This document shows, in pieces, positions 10,495 through 17,838 of a DNA stretch of 64,000 bases. Below the pieces are notes generated by a model. The model had not been told where the DNA came from. It saw only the letters and a list, made by a program, of their open reading frames with translations, and made no database searches. A program made the position numbers and the translations under genes. This DNA comes from Roseibacillus sp. (lineage in GTDB: Bacteria; Verrucomicrobiota; Verrucomicrobiia; Verrucomicrobiales; Akkermansiaceae): positions 1 through 64,000 of the forward strand of contig JBPOGI010000002.1 of NCBI GenBank assembly GCA_051251855.1, given 5' to 3'. Numbering within the stretch: the stretch's first letter is position 1; the number at the start of each line of letters is the position of its first letter.

Positions 10495-10515
10495 TGGTGC
10501 TGCGTCTTGTTCGTT
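10495..10515 (-). repeat. truncated attC (R''-L'' end only) of the distal, eroded cassette
   Basis: TGGTGCTGCGTCTTGTTCG matches the right end of the full attC copies; the rest of the site is missing. Confidence 0.75.
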
Positions 10516-10612
10516 TGGCCAATTACCAAAAATTCGCTGCTCTCCGTCGAATGGAGCAAGTGAATACTAGCCCCCAAACGCCAATAGAAACCACTGCCAA
10601 TCTTCCATTTTA

Positions 10613-10741
10613 GTCGAACGTTTCAGCACACCCAATCCGACCGACTCAGCGCACTACACCGCAGGTTTCTACCAAATCCGCCAAAAGTCAACGTTCAACT
10701 TACCAGCGCGGTCGGATTTGTGGTGCTGCGTCTTGTTCGCC
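10613..10741 (-). repeat. integron attC site 4 (129 bp)
   Basis: Plus strand reads GTCGAAC-GTTTCAGCACACCCAATCCGACCG...CGGTCGGATTTGTGGTGCTGCGTCTT-GTTCGCC: an imperfect inverted repeat with AAC/GTT cores. Confidence 0.92.
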
Positions 10742-10758
10742 CATGCTTGAGCCAGAGA

Positions 10759-11103
10759 CTACCTCCGCATATTCTTTAGCAAGGTGAGGACCATAAACAC
10801 TGGAAAGGAGAGAAACGTAATGAGCAAAGCCTTCTCATCGAACCTGAACAACTTAAACACTTTAACTACGACGGGAGGACCACAGAATATGCCAACAAAA
10901 GCCAAAACGAGGCCGAAAATGGTGAGAAGCCCGAGCAGACCGTACGCATAGGCCGGCCAATCGCCCAGTGATTCCCTTCCATTAGCGAGCGCAAAGGCGG
11001 CAACAGAGAGGAATAGCAATCCAGCAGTGAGAACAAAGCTTCGTGAACCGCTGGCCACGCGATACGGACGATTGCTTTTTAATCTCTTTGGTGACCATCC
11101 CAT
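10759..11103 (-). CDS. integron cassette 4: small multi-TM membrane protein of unknown function
   Basis: ATG at 11103 lies just inside the cassette start (TTCGCC-TGAA-ATG); three hydrophobic segments; stop just before the attC. Confidence 0.75.
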   Translation of the reverse strand: MGWSPKRLKSNRPYRVASGSRSFVLTAGLLFLSVAAFALANGRESLGDWPAYAYGLLGLLTIFGLVLAFVGIFCGPPVVVKVFKLFRFDEKALLITFLSFPVFMVLTLLKNMRR

Positions 11104-11107
11104 TTCA

Positions 11108-11236
11108 GGCGAACGTTTCAGCACACCCAATCCGACCGACTCAGCGCGCTTTCACTACTTCTATCACGTTCCCTCCTCCAGTCAAGCCTCCCACCCACCA
11201 GCGCGGTCGGATTTGCGGTGCTGCGTCTTGTTCTGC
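11108..11236 (-). repeat. integron attC site 3 (129 bp)
   Basis: GGCGAAC...GTTCTGC with the same arms as the other copies. Confidence 0.92.
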
Positions 11237-11239
11237 ATC

Positions 11240-11644
11240 TTAGGCGGATGGAACCTCGATTGTAGGAACACACGGAGAAAGATGTGGATCAGGCATCTCA
11301 GAACAATGACCGCGAGCGCATCTAAAGACCCGAAATTCGTTGTGATACTCGGAGTGCTCGTCGTCCCATATGTGCAGAAGACCAAAGCTTTCGGGATACT
11401 CCGCCGCCGCCCACCGGAAGAGACCAACCGCATCTTCGTTTCGATGGTTGCGTAGCCCGTGCGCGATTAGGACGATCATCCCGTTCCCGCCGCGCTCAAC
11501 GGAAAATCGTGAAATCGTATCTGAAACTTCAGCTATCCTTCCATTTATCAGGCTGATAGCAACGTCACTCCGCTGGTGATGCTGTTCCCCATCCTCTTCT
11601 TCGACTTCGTTGAGTTCGATGTGGAGCCATCCATGAAATGTCAT
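11240..11644 (-). CDS. integron cassette 3: Imm7-family polymorphic-toxin immunity protein
   Basis: FHGW, NG..L..HG..NHR, P.SFGLL.IWDDE, N.F.V...RG, D..LSP..P.IE match the Immunity protein 7 pattern. Confidence 0.8.
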   Translation of the reverse strand: MTFHGWLHIELNEVEEEDGEQHHQRSDVAISLINGRIAEVSDTISRFSVERGGNGMIVLIAHGLRNHRNEDAVGLFRWAAAEYPESFGLLHIWDDEHSEYHNEFRVFRCARGHCSEMPDPHLSPCVPTIEVPSA

Positions 11645-11650
11645 TTTTCT

Positions 11651-11779
11651 GCAGAACGTTTTAGCACACCCAATCCGACCGACTCAGCGCACCTTGAATA
11701 GTTCTACCACGCACCCTCCTTCAGTCAAGCCTCCGACCCACGAGCGCGGTCGGATTTGTGGTGCTGCGGCCGGTTATGC
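11651..11779 (-). repeat. integron attC site 2 (129 bp)
   Basis: GCAGAAC...GTTATGC with conserved arms. Confidence 0.92.
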
Positions 11780-12037
11780 AGGTAGAGCCATTGCCGGTTG
11801 ATGAAATACAGGTCGAGCCTACTGGACCGAATACTGTGCCTCGTCAAAACCCCGAACCGTAACGCTGCCAGCCAAAACCTGCCAGAACCTGCCACAGAAT
11901 CTATCACTCCGAACTCGCTTACCTCACGCGCTGCTAGCCACAGAATTCGTCACGCTGCCCTGTCAATCTGCGCGACATCCGTCACATCAACTTCGTCAGC
12001 TACTGCAACGACTACAACGGTAGTTTTTATCGCATAA
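11657..12037 (-). mobile_element. integron cassette 2, apparently ORF-less (381 bp)
   Basis: Bounded by matching TTATGC / GCATAAC cores. The first ATG stops immediately (ATG CGA TAA), and no convincing ORF fills the ~250-bp cargo. Confidence 0.7.
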
Positions 12038-12160
12038 CGTTTCAGCACACCCAATCCGACCGACTCAGCGCGCTTTCACTACTTCTATCACGTCCCCTCC
12101 TCCAGTCAAGCCTTCGACCCACTAGCGCGGTCGGATTTGTGGTGCTGCGTCTTGTTCGGC
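12032..12160 (-). repeat. integron attC site 1 (129 bp)
   Basis: GCATAAC...GTTCGGC; nearly identical to the 11108-11236 copy, including the variable loop. Confidence 0.92.
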
Positions 12161-12778
12161 CCTTTCCGAGTTCAATCTTGAAGAGACCACTAATCCCGAT
12201 TCATCCAAATCGACTTCGTAGAAATACCGAGTTCCCTCTATCTCATTCATCCCGAGACGCCACGTTCTCTCATCGATTTTCAGGGCTTTCCGTCCTTTCC
12301 ATTGGTTCTGGTGTATATCGCAGAAAGCCTCCCAGATAAGGTCTCCGTGACCTTCGTTTCTTAGTGGAACTCTAGATATTTTCATCAGCTCCCCAAAAGC
12401 AGTGTAATTCCCGTGGTGTGACAAACTTTTCAATATTTTGTTTTCAGAGTCGAATACGAGGGTGACGCCTAGCCCTAGAGCACGTCCAAACATTACGTCT
12501 TCCTTCCCTGGCGCCGGCCTTTCTGCCCACGATAGAGCAATAAAGCGGGTCTCGGGAAAGAGCTTCTTCAACGAGTCGAACGGGAGTTCATATGCGTCTG
12601 AAAACTCGGGCACGATATAACCTTGCTTCCCGTAATTGGTCCTAACTTGTTCCTTCCAGTCGGCGACGGGAGCTAGAACCTCGTCCTTTGCCTCCACCTT
12701 TACGAGATTTTCCCAACGAATCTGCGATTGCGCAGTCTGCAACAGGATGAGTGAGACTATTGTGATTACGCTTTTCAT
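12122..12778 (-). CDS. integron cassette 1: secreted hypothetical protein (218 aa)
   Basis: Signal peptide MKSVITIVSLILLQTAQS; starts 18 bp after the attI crossover; stop codon lies inside the attC. Confidence 0.8.
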   Translation of the reverse strand: MKSVITIVSLILLQTAQSQIRWENLVKVEAKDEVLAPVADWKEQVRTNYGKQGYIVPEFSDAYELPFDSLKKLFPETRFIALSWAERPAPGKEDVMFGRALGLGVTLVFDSENKILKSLSHHGNYTAFGELMKISRVPLRNEGHGDLIWEAFCDIHQNQWKGRKALKIDERTWRLGMNEIEGTRYFYEVDLDESGLVVSSRLNSERAEQDAAPQIRPR

Positions 12779-12790
12779 GGGTATTTTTCA

Positions 12791-12810
12791 GCCGAACAAT
12801 TTATTTAACA
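12791..12810 (-). other. integron attI recombination site (crossover G/TT at 12797/12796)
   Basis: Minus strand TGTTAAATAAATTG|TTCGGC. TTCGGC complements the R'' (GCCGAAC) of the first cassette's attC. AT-rich, lacks attC arms, and lies between the first cassette and intI. Confidence 0.8.
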
Positions 12811-12842
12811 GACCCCTTGTTATCTTCGGGGTCTGTGGCGTG

Positions 12843-12871
12843 ATTTTCTCTGGAAGAGGTTGCGGAGTCAA
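12843..12871 (-). promoter_or_regulatory. candidate cassette promoter Pc (TTGACT-N17-GAAAAT)
   Basis: Sigma70-like hexamers with a 17-bp spacer pointing into attI. Confidence 0.5.
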
Positions 12872-12948
12872 GCGAGTGCCCAGAACACGTCAGTTTTTAC
12901 TCATTTATTGTGCTAAAAGCGATGATAATAAGGTCTGTTTATTTCCAG

Positions 12949-14325
12949 ATGCATAAGATTCCACGTCAAATTGAAGCGGTCCTTAGAGTAAAGTTTGTTG
13001 GAAAAGGGTTCAGTGAGGCCGAGATAGGGCAAGGTCTGAAGTGGTGCCGTTTCTTTATCGATTTTTGTCTGAAGTCCAATAGTTCCCCGCGAGAGGTTGG
13101 GTCGATTCCGTTATTCCTTAAGAAGATTGCCTCGAAGGGGCAGGGGGCTCATCGGCAGAAGCAAGCTAAGGCTGCGGTGGCGACTCTGCAGGAAGTCTTA
13201 CCTCAATTCGGAGAGGGGGCGGTGGCGAAGAATGCGGAGCAGCAGGAGGGCGGTGATAGGATTAAGGAGGAGGGGTCTGCTTATAGCGTTGCTTCGTCTG
13301 ATAAGGTTCCTCCTAGTGCAGGAGGTGAAAAGGGGTCTTCAGAGGTTGAGCTGTCTTGGGATTCAATCTATTCCCTTTTGGACGGTAAGTTTGCGAGTGG
13401 GCAGTACGCGAAGACGACGAGAAGGGCTTATCTGTCTTGGTTGCGAGGATATCAAAAGTTTCTGAACGATGCGGGTTCGGAGGCCGTTTCTTCAGAGACT
13501 GCGGCTACCTACCTCACTTTCCTTGCGAAAGAGAGGGGGGTGACGGCTTCCAGTCAGAATCAGGCTTTCAATGCGCTCTTGTTTCTGTTTCGAAAAGTGT
13601 TGGAGCGACCCTTTGAGCCGGAGGGAGTTCAAAGGGTGAGAAGCAGGCGATATGTGCCGGTTGTTTTGAGTGAGGTAGAGGTGGCGGAAATTTTTGCGGA
13701 GATGGAGGGAGTGGAGTTGTTAGTCACGCAGATGTTGTATAGCTCTGGCCTGAGATTAACGGAGTGCCTTTCGCTACGGGTGCAAAGTTTGGATTTTAGC
13801 CAGCTGAAAGTGACGATCCATCGCGGCAAAGGAGGCAAGGATCGTACGGTGCCTATGGCGGCCAGATTGGCGGATAAGTTAAAGCAGCAGTTGGAGCGGT
13901 GTCGGTCTCTTTACGAAGAGGATTTGGCAGCGGAGTATGCGGGAGCTTTTGCTCCGGAGGTAGGGAGTGAGCAAAAGTGGAAATCCCGGATGAGGGATTG
14001 GCCATGGCAGTTTTTGTTTCCGCAGAAAAACTTAAGCTTGATTGAGGGGGCAAACGAGCGGCGGCGTTTTCATTTACATGAAACTGTTTATAGTCAGCGT
14101 CTGAAGGGAGCGGTGCGGAGGACGAAGATTCACAAGAGGGTGACGGCCCACACCTTTCGTCATTCGTTCGCGAGCCATCTTCTTGTCCAAGGTCACGATA
14201 TCCGTTCAATTCAAGAGGTTTTAGGGCATAGCGATATCAAAACGACAATGATCTATCTGCAAACAGTGCCGATGATGGCCAAGAAAGAGATGAGGAGTCC
14301 TTTCGACTGTTGGGCGGCTGATTGA
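12949..14325 (+). CDS. intI: integron integrase IntI (tyrosine recombinase) with N-terminal extension
   Basis: SGLRLTE, GKGGKDR, HTFRHSFASHLL, LGHSD..TTMIY. The IntI-specific insertion is present (EDLAAEYAGAF...DWPWQFLFP...ERRRFHLHE). Divergent from the cassette array. Start at 12949 (ATG) or 12910/12922. Confidence 0.95.
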   Translation: MHKIPRQIEAVLRVKFVGKGFSEAEIGQGLKWCRFFIDFCLKSNSSPREVGSIPLFLKKIASKGQGAHRQKQAKAAVATLQEVLPQFGEGAVAKNAEQQEGGDRIKEEGSAYSVASSDKVPPSAGGEKGSSEVELSWDSIYSLLDGKFASGQYAKTTRRAYLSWLRGYQKFLNDAGSEAVSSETAATYLTFLAKERGVTASSQNQAFNALLFLFRKVLERPFEPEGVQRVRSRRYVPVVLSEVEVAEIFAEMEGVELLVTQMLYSSGLRLTECLSLRVQSLDFSQLKVTIHRGKGGKDRTVPMAARLADKLKQQLERCRSLYEEDLAAEYAGAFAPEVGSEQKWKSRMRDWPWQFLFPQKNLSLIEGANERRRFHLHETVYSQRLKGAVRRTKIHKRVTAHTFRHSFASHLLVQGHDIRSIQEVLGHSDIKTTMIYLQTVPMMAKKEMRSPFDCWAAD

Positions 14326-14433
14326 AGTGAGGGTTTATGGCTCTATCAGTGCCTGTTACGGATACAGGGCGGGGCTTACTACCAACCAATCCAAACCTTC
14401 TCCATTTTTTCTCGAAAATTACCAACTTTACTC

Positions 14434-14470
14434 TTGTCAGTTGGCCGAATTTTTCTAGAGTCCGCGCCCC
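14434..14470 (+). promoter_or_regulatory. candidate str-operon promoter (TTGTCA-N16-TAGAGT) with GC-rich discriminator
   Basis: Hexamers followed by CCGCGCCCC, typical of stringently controlled promoters; about 210 nt upstream of rpsL. Confidence 0.55.
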
Positions 14471-14677
14471 GCAGGTCGCGACTGGGCTCCGTAAAACGTC
14501 CTAATCGCTTCATTTTGCAATAACCTATCGGGTAGCCTCCGGACAAGTCAGCTGATGCGAGTGAGATTCTCGCACGTTGTTTGGTCGCGTCTACTCAAGG
14601 TTTTTGGAAAGCGGGGAACTGAGAATTCTCCGAATTTTTAATCCAAGTTTAACCACAGCTCTTAAAAAGCAGACATT

Positions 14678-15052
14678 ATGCCGACTATTAACCAACTTGT
14701 GCGAAAGGGACGTAAGAAAATTACCGTCGCTTCCAAGTCACGCGCACTGACGAATTGCCCGCAGCGACGTGGCGTGTGTTTGCAGGTCTATACCCGCACT
14801 CCTAAGAAGCCTAACTCCGCTCTTCGTAAAGTTGCGAAAGTTCGTCTTACCAACGGCCACGAAATCATCGCTTATATCGGTGGTGAAGGTCACAACCTCC
14901 AGGAGCACTCCATCGTGCTTGTCCGTGGTGGTCGGGTAAAGGATTTGCCAGGTGTTCGTTACCACATCGTTCGCGGTGCGCTCGATACTCTCGGTGTTGA
15001 TAAGCGGATGCAGTCTCGTTCCAAGTATGGTGCCAAGCGCCCTAAGAAGTAA
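14678..15052 (+). CDS. rpsL: 30S ribosomal protein S12
   Basis: [12 protein letters not shown]...[11 protein letters not shown]...[10 protein letters not shown]. Confidence 0.99.
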   Translation: MPTINQLVRKGRKKITVASKSRALTNCPQRRGVCLQVYTRTPKKPNSALRKVAKVRLTNGHEIIAYIGGEGHNLQEHSIVLVRGGRVKDLPGVRYHIVRGALDTLGVDKRMQSRSKYGAKRPKK

Positions 15053-15070
15053 TTTTAACATTTTTGAATC

Positions 15071-15544
15071 ATGGCTCGCAGATCACGCAAGTATAAGAAG
15101 GACCCCGTTCACGACTCGAAGTTCGACAGTCCTCTCGTCGGCAAATTCATCAGTATGGTGATGAAAGAAGGCAAGCGCTCTCTTTCTGAGCGTATTGTTT
15201 ACGCCGCTATCGATAAGGCTAACGACGGAACCGACACTGTTGACCCTCTCGAGGTTGTCAACCGTGCCATTGAAAACTCTAAGCCTCGCGTTGAGGTGAA
15301 AAGCCGCCGCGTCGGTGGAGCGACTTATCAGGTGCCTCTCGAGGTGGACGGTGACCGTTCCGAGGCGCTCGCAATGCGCTGGATTGTTGGTTATGCCCGT
15401 GGCCGCAAGGGAACTCCCATGCACCTCGCGCTTGCCAACGAAATCAAGGACGCCGCTAACAATACGGGCAGCTCTGTTCGTAAGCGTGACGATGTTCACA
15501 AGATGGCTCAGGCGAACCGCGCCTTTGCCCACTTCCGTTTCTAA
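15071..15544 (+). CDS. rpsG: 30S ribosomal protein S7
   Basis: EVKSRRVGGATYQVP...HKMAQANRAFAHFR. Confidence 0.99.
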   Translation: MARRSRKYKKDPVHDSKFDSPLVGKFISMVMKEGKRSLSERIVYAAIDKANDGTDTVDPLEVVNRAIENSKPRVEVKSRRVGGATYQVPLEVDGDRSEALAMRWIVGYARGRKGTPMHLALANEIKDAANNTGSSVRKRDDVHKMAQANRAFAHFRF

Positions 15545-15655
15545 TTCTTTCCCGCTGAATTTATCACTCTCGCCGTCCAGCCACAAAACTCCCGGAGCTC
15601 TGCTCCTGTGAAGAGTGTGTCGCTATCGGCTAAAGAAAAAAACTCACATCCTACG

Positions 15656-17806
15656 ATGTCCGCCAACCCCAATAGTCCAAATAGAGCATTCCCGTTGCAG
15701 CGCACGCGCAACATCGGGATCACGGCTCATATTGACGCGGGGAAGACGACTCTCACGGAGCGGATTCTTTTCTATACGGGAATGATTCACCGCCTCGGCG
15801 AAGTTCATGATGGTGCGGCTACGACCGACCATATGGAGCAAGAACGTGAGCGGGGGATTACTATTCAGTCCGCTGCGGTTACTTGTTCTTGGGAGCAAAG
15901 TCCTGAGGATGGTGTGACTAAGCTTTTCCAAGGTGAAGAGCAGCGCGTCAATATTATCGATACTCCTGGGCACGTGGACTTCACCGCTGAAGTCGAACGC
16001 TCCCTTCGGGTTCTTGATGGTGCCATCGTTGTCTTTTGTGGTGTCGCAGGTGTGCAGCCACAGACCGAGACTGTCTGGCGCCAAGCGAATAAATACTCCG
16101 TCCCGCGAATTATCTTCGTGAACAAGATGGACCGAGTTGGCGCAGATTTTAATGCCGTTGTGGAGGAAGTCCGCGAGAAATTGGGAGCGAATGCGCTCCC
16201 AATTTTGATCCCACTCGGTTCTGAGGATACTCTTCGCGGTCAGTTGGACGTCATCAACCAAAAGGCGGTCATCTACACCGAAGACGATCTCTTGGGTTCT
16301 ACATACACGGTTCGTGACCTCGAGGGTGACGAAATCGAACTCGGCAAGTTGGCCTACAGCGAACTGCTCGAAGCAGTTGCGGGTGGCAACGACGAGTTGG
16401 GTGAGAAGTTTCTTATGGAGGAGGAAATCACTCCTTCCGAACTGAAGGCGGCTTTGCGTGAAGCGACCATCGCGAACGAGATTGTTCCAGTTGCGGGCGG
16501 CTCTGCTTTCAAGAACAAGGGGGTGCAATACCTTCTTGATGCTGTTGCGGATTACCTTCCGAGCCCGCTTGATATTTCAGCTGCGGTTGGAATGGACCCT
16601 AGCAACGAGGAAAAAGAGGTTCTCGTTGAGACCGATGATGCGGGTAAGTTTTGCGCGCTCGCGTTTAAGTTGACCAACGATAAGCACTTCGGCAAATTCG
16701 TTTTCTTCCGTGTCTACTCTGGTTCTGTTTCCAAGGGTGACCAAATTCTCAATCCTCGCACGGGCAAAAAAGAGCGCGTGGGCCGACTGATTCAGATTCA
16801 GGCTGATGCTTTCAAGGATATCGACACTTGTTACTCCGGCGACATTGCAGGAATGGTCGGTCTTAAGGACACTGCTACTGGCGACACTCTTTCCAATCTT
16901 TCATTCAAGGTCGCCCTCGAGCGTCCCACTTTCCCTGAGCCGGTTATCGGTCTCGCCGTTGAGCCTCGCTCGACTGCTGATTCTGATAAGATGACCGTCG
17001 CTTTGGACCGTCTTTCTGATGAGGACCCGACCTTCGTAGTTTCCTCTAACGAAGAAACCGGTCAGACCATCATTTCCGGCATGGGCGAGCTTCACTTGGA
17101 GGTCATCGTTGATCGTCTCTTGCGTGAGTTCAAAGTGCATGCCCGCGTCGGCAAGCCCCAAATTTCATACCGCGAGACCATTTCTCAGCCAGCAACTGGC
17201 GAAGGATTGCTCGAACGTCAAGTGGGCGAGACCAAGCAATTTGGTCACGTTATTCTCGAAGTGAAGAGCAACGAGAAGGGGAGTGGTAACACCATCGAGA
17301 ACACCGTTGGTCGTGACGTCATTCCTAAAGAGTATTTTGCCTCTATCGAGCGCGGTCTCAAGGAAGCGATGACCACTGGAATTGTTGCCGGTTATCCCGT
17401 GGTTGATGTTCACGTCAACGTCAAGGGTGGTTCTTTCCACGAAACCGATTCCAACGAAAACACTTTCCGCATGGCTGCTATTTTTGCCATTCGTGATGCT
17501 TTTGCAAAAGCGAACTCGATTTTGCTTGAGCCTGTCATGGATGTCGAAGTAAGCACCCCGCCCGACTATCAAGGAGATGTCATGGGTGACCTTAATCGCC
17601 GCCGCGCTCAGCTCGGTAGCATGGAAACCAAAGGGACGATTTGCACTCTCAAGGCGCAAGCTCCTCTCTCTGCGATGTTCGGTTACATGACCGACCTCCG
17701 AACCCTTTCTTCGGGCCGGGCCTCATTCACAATGGAGCCCAGCAGCTTTGAACAAGTCCCCGACAAGTTGGTGGACGAACTGACGGGCCGACGCCCTGCC
17801 GCATAA
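15656..17806 (+). CDS. fusA: elongation factor G (domain IV loops divergent)
   Basis: RNIGITAHIDAGKTT, ERGITI, DTPGHVDF, NKMD; located in the str operon; start at ATG 15656. Confidence 0.95.
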   Translation: MSANPNSPNRAFPLQRTRNIGITAHIDAGKTTLTERILFYTGMIHRLGEVHDGAATTDHMEQERERGITIQSAAVTCSWEQSPEDGVTKLFQGEEQRVNIIDTPGHVDFTAEVERSLRVLDGAIVVFCGVAGVQPQTETVWRQANKYSVPRIIFVNKMDRVGADFNAVVEEVREKLGANALPILIPLGSEDTLRGQLDVINQKAVIYTEDDLLGSTYTVRDLEGDEIELGKLAYSELLEAVAGGNDELGEKFLMEEEITPSELKAALREATIANEIVPVAGGSAFKNKGVQYLLDAVADYLPSPLDISAAVGMDPSNEEKEVLVETDDAGKFCALAFKLTNDKHFGKFVFFRVYSGSVSKGDQILNPRTGKKERVGRLIQIQADAFKDIDTCYSGDIAGMVGLKDTATGDTLSNLSFKVALERPTFPEPVIGLAVEPRSTADSDKMTVALDRLSDEDPTFVVSSNEETGQTIISGMGELHLEVIVDRLLREFKVHARVGKPQISYRETISQPATGEGLLERQVGETKQFGHVILEVKSNEKGSGNTIENTVGRDVIPKEYFASIERGLKEAMTTGIVAGYPVVDVHVNVKGGSFHETDSNENTFRMAAIFAIRDAFAKANSILLEPVMDVEVSTPPDYQGDVMGDLNRRRAQLGSMETKGTICTLKAQAPLSAMFGYMTDLRTLSSGRASFTMEPSSFEQVPDKLVDELTGRRPAA

Positions 17807-17838
17807 CCAAAACGAACGACTAACTTTTCTATAAACTG

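Noticed and set aside
11725..12037. 60-aa and 79-aa ORFs in cassette 2 as genes
   Set aside because: One is antisense and low-complexity; the other starts mid-cassette and runs deep into attC. Neither shows recognisable motifs, though they cannot be fully excluded.
10613..12160. Regularly recurring repeats read as a CRISPR array or REP/BIME cluster
   Set aside because: Units are 129 bp, separated by 250-630 bp gene-sized cargo, have attC architecture and lie next to an IntI; no cas genes are present.
12874..12887. Possible verrucomicrobial LexA box (TGTTC-N4-GAACA) upstream of intI
   Set aside because: Only the GAACA half matches (GAGTG-CCCA-GAACA), too weak to claim SOS control.
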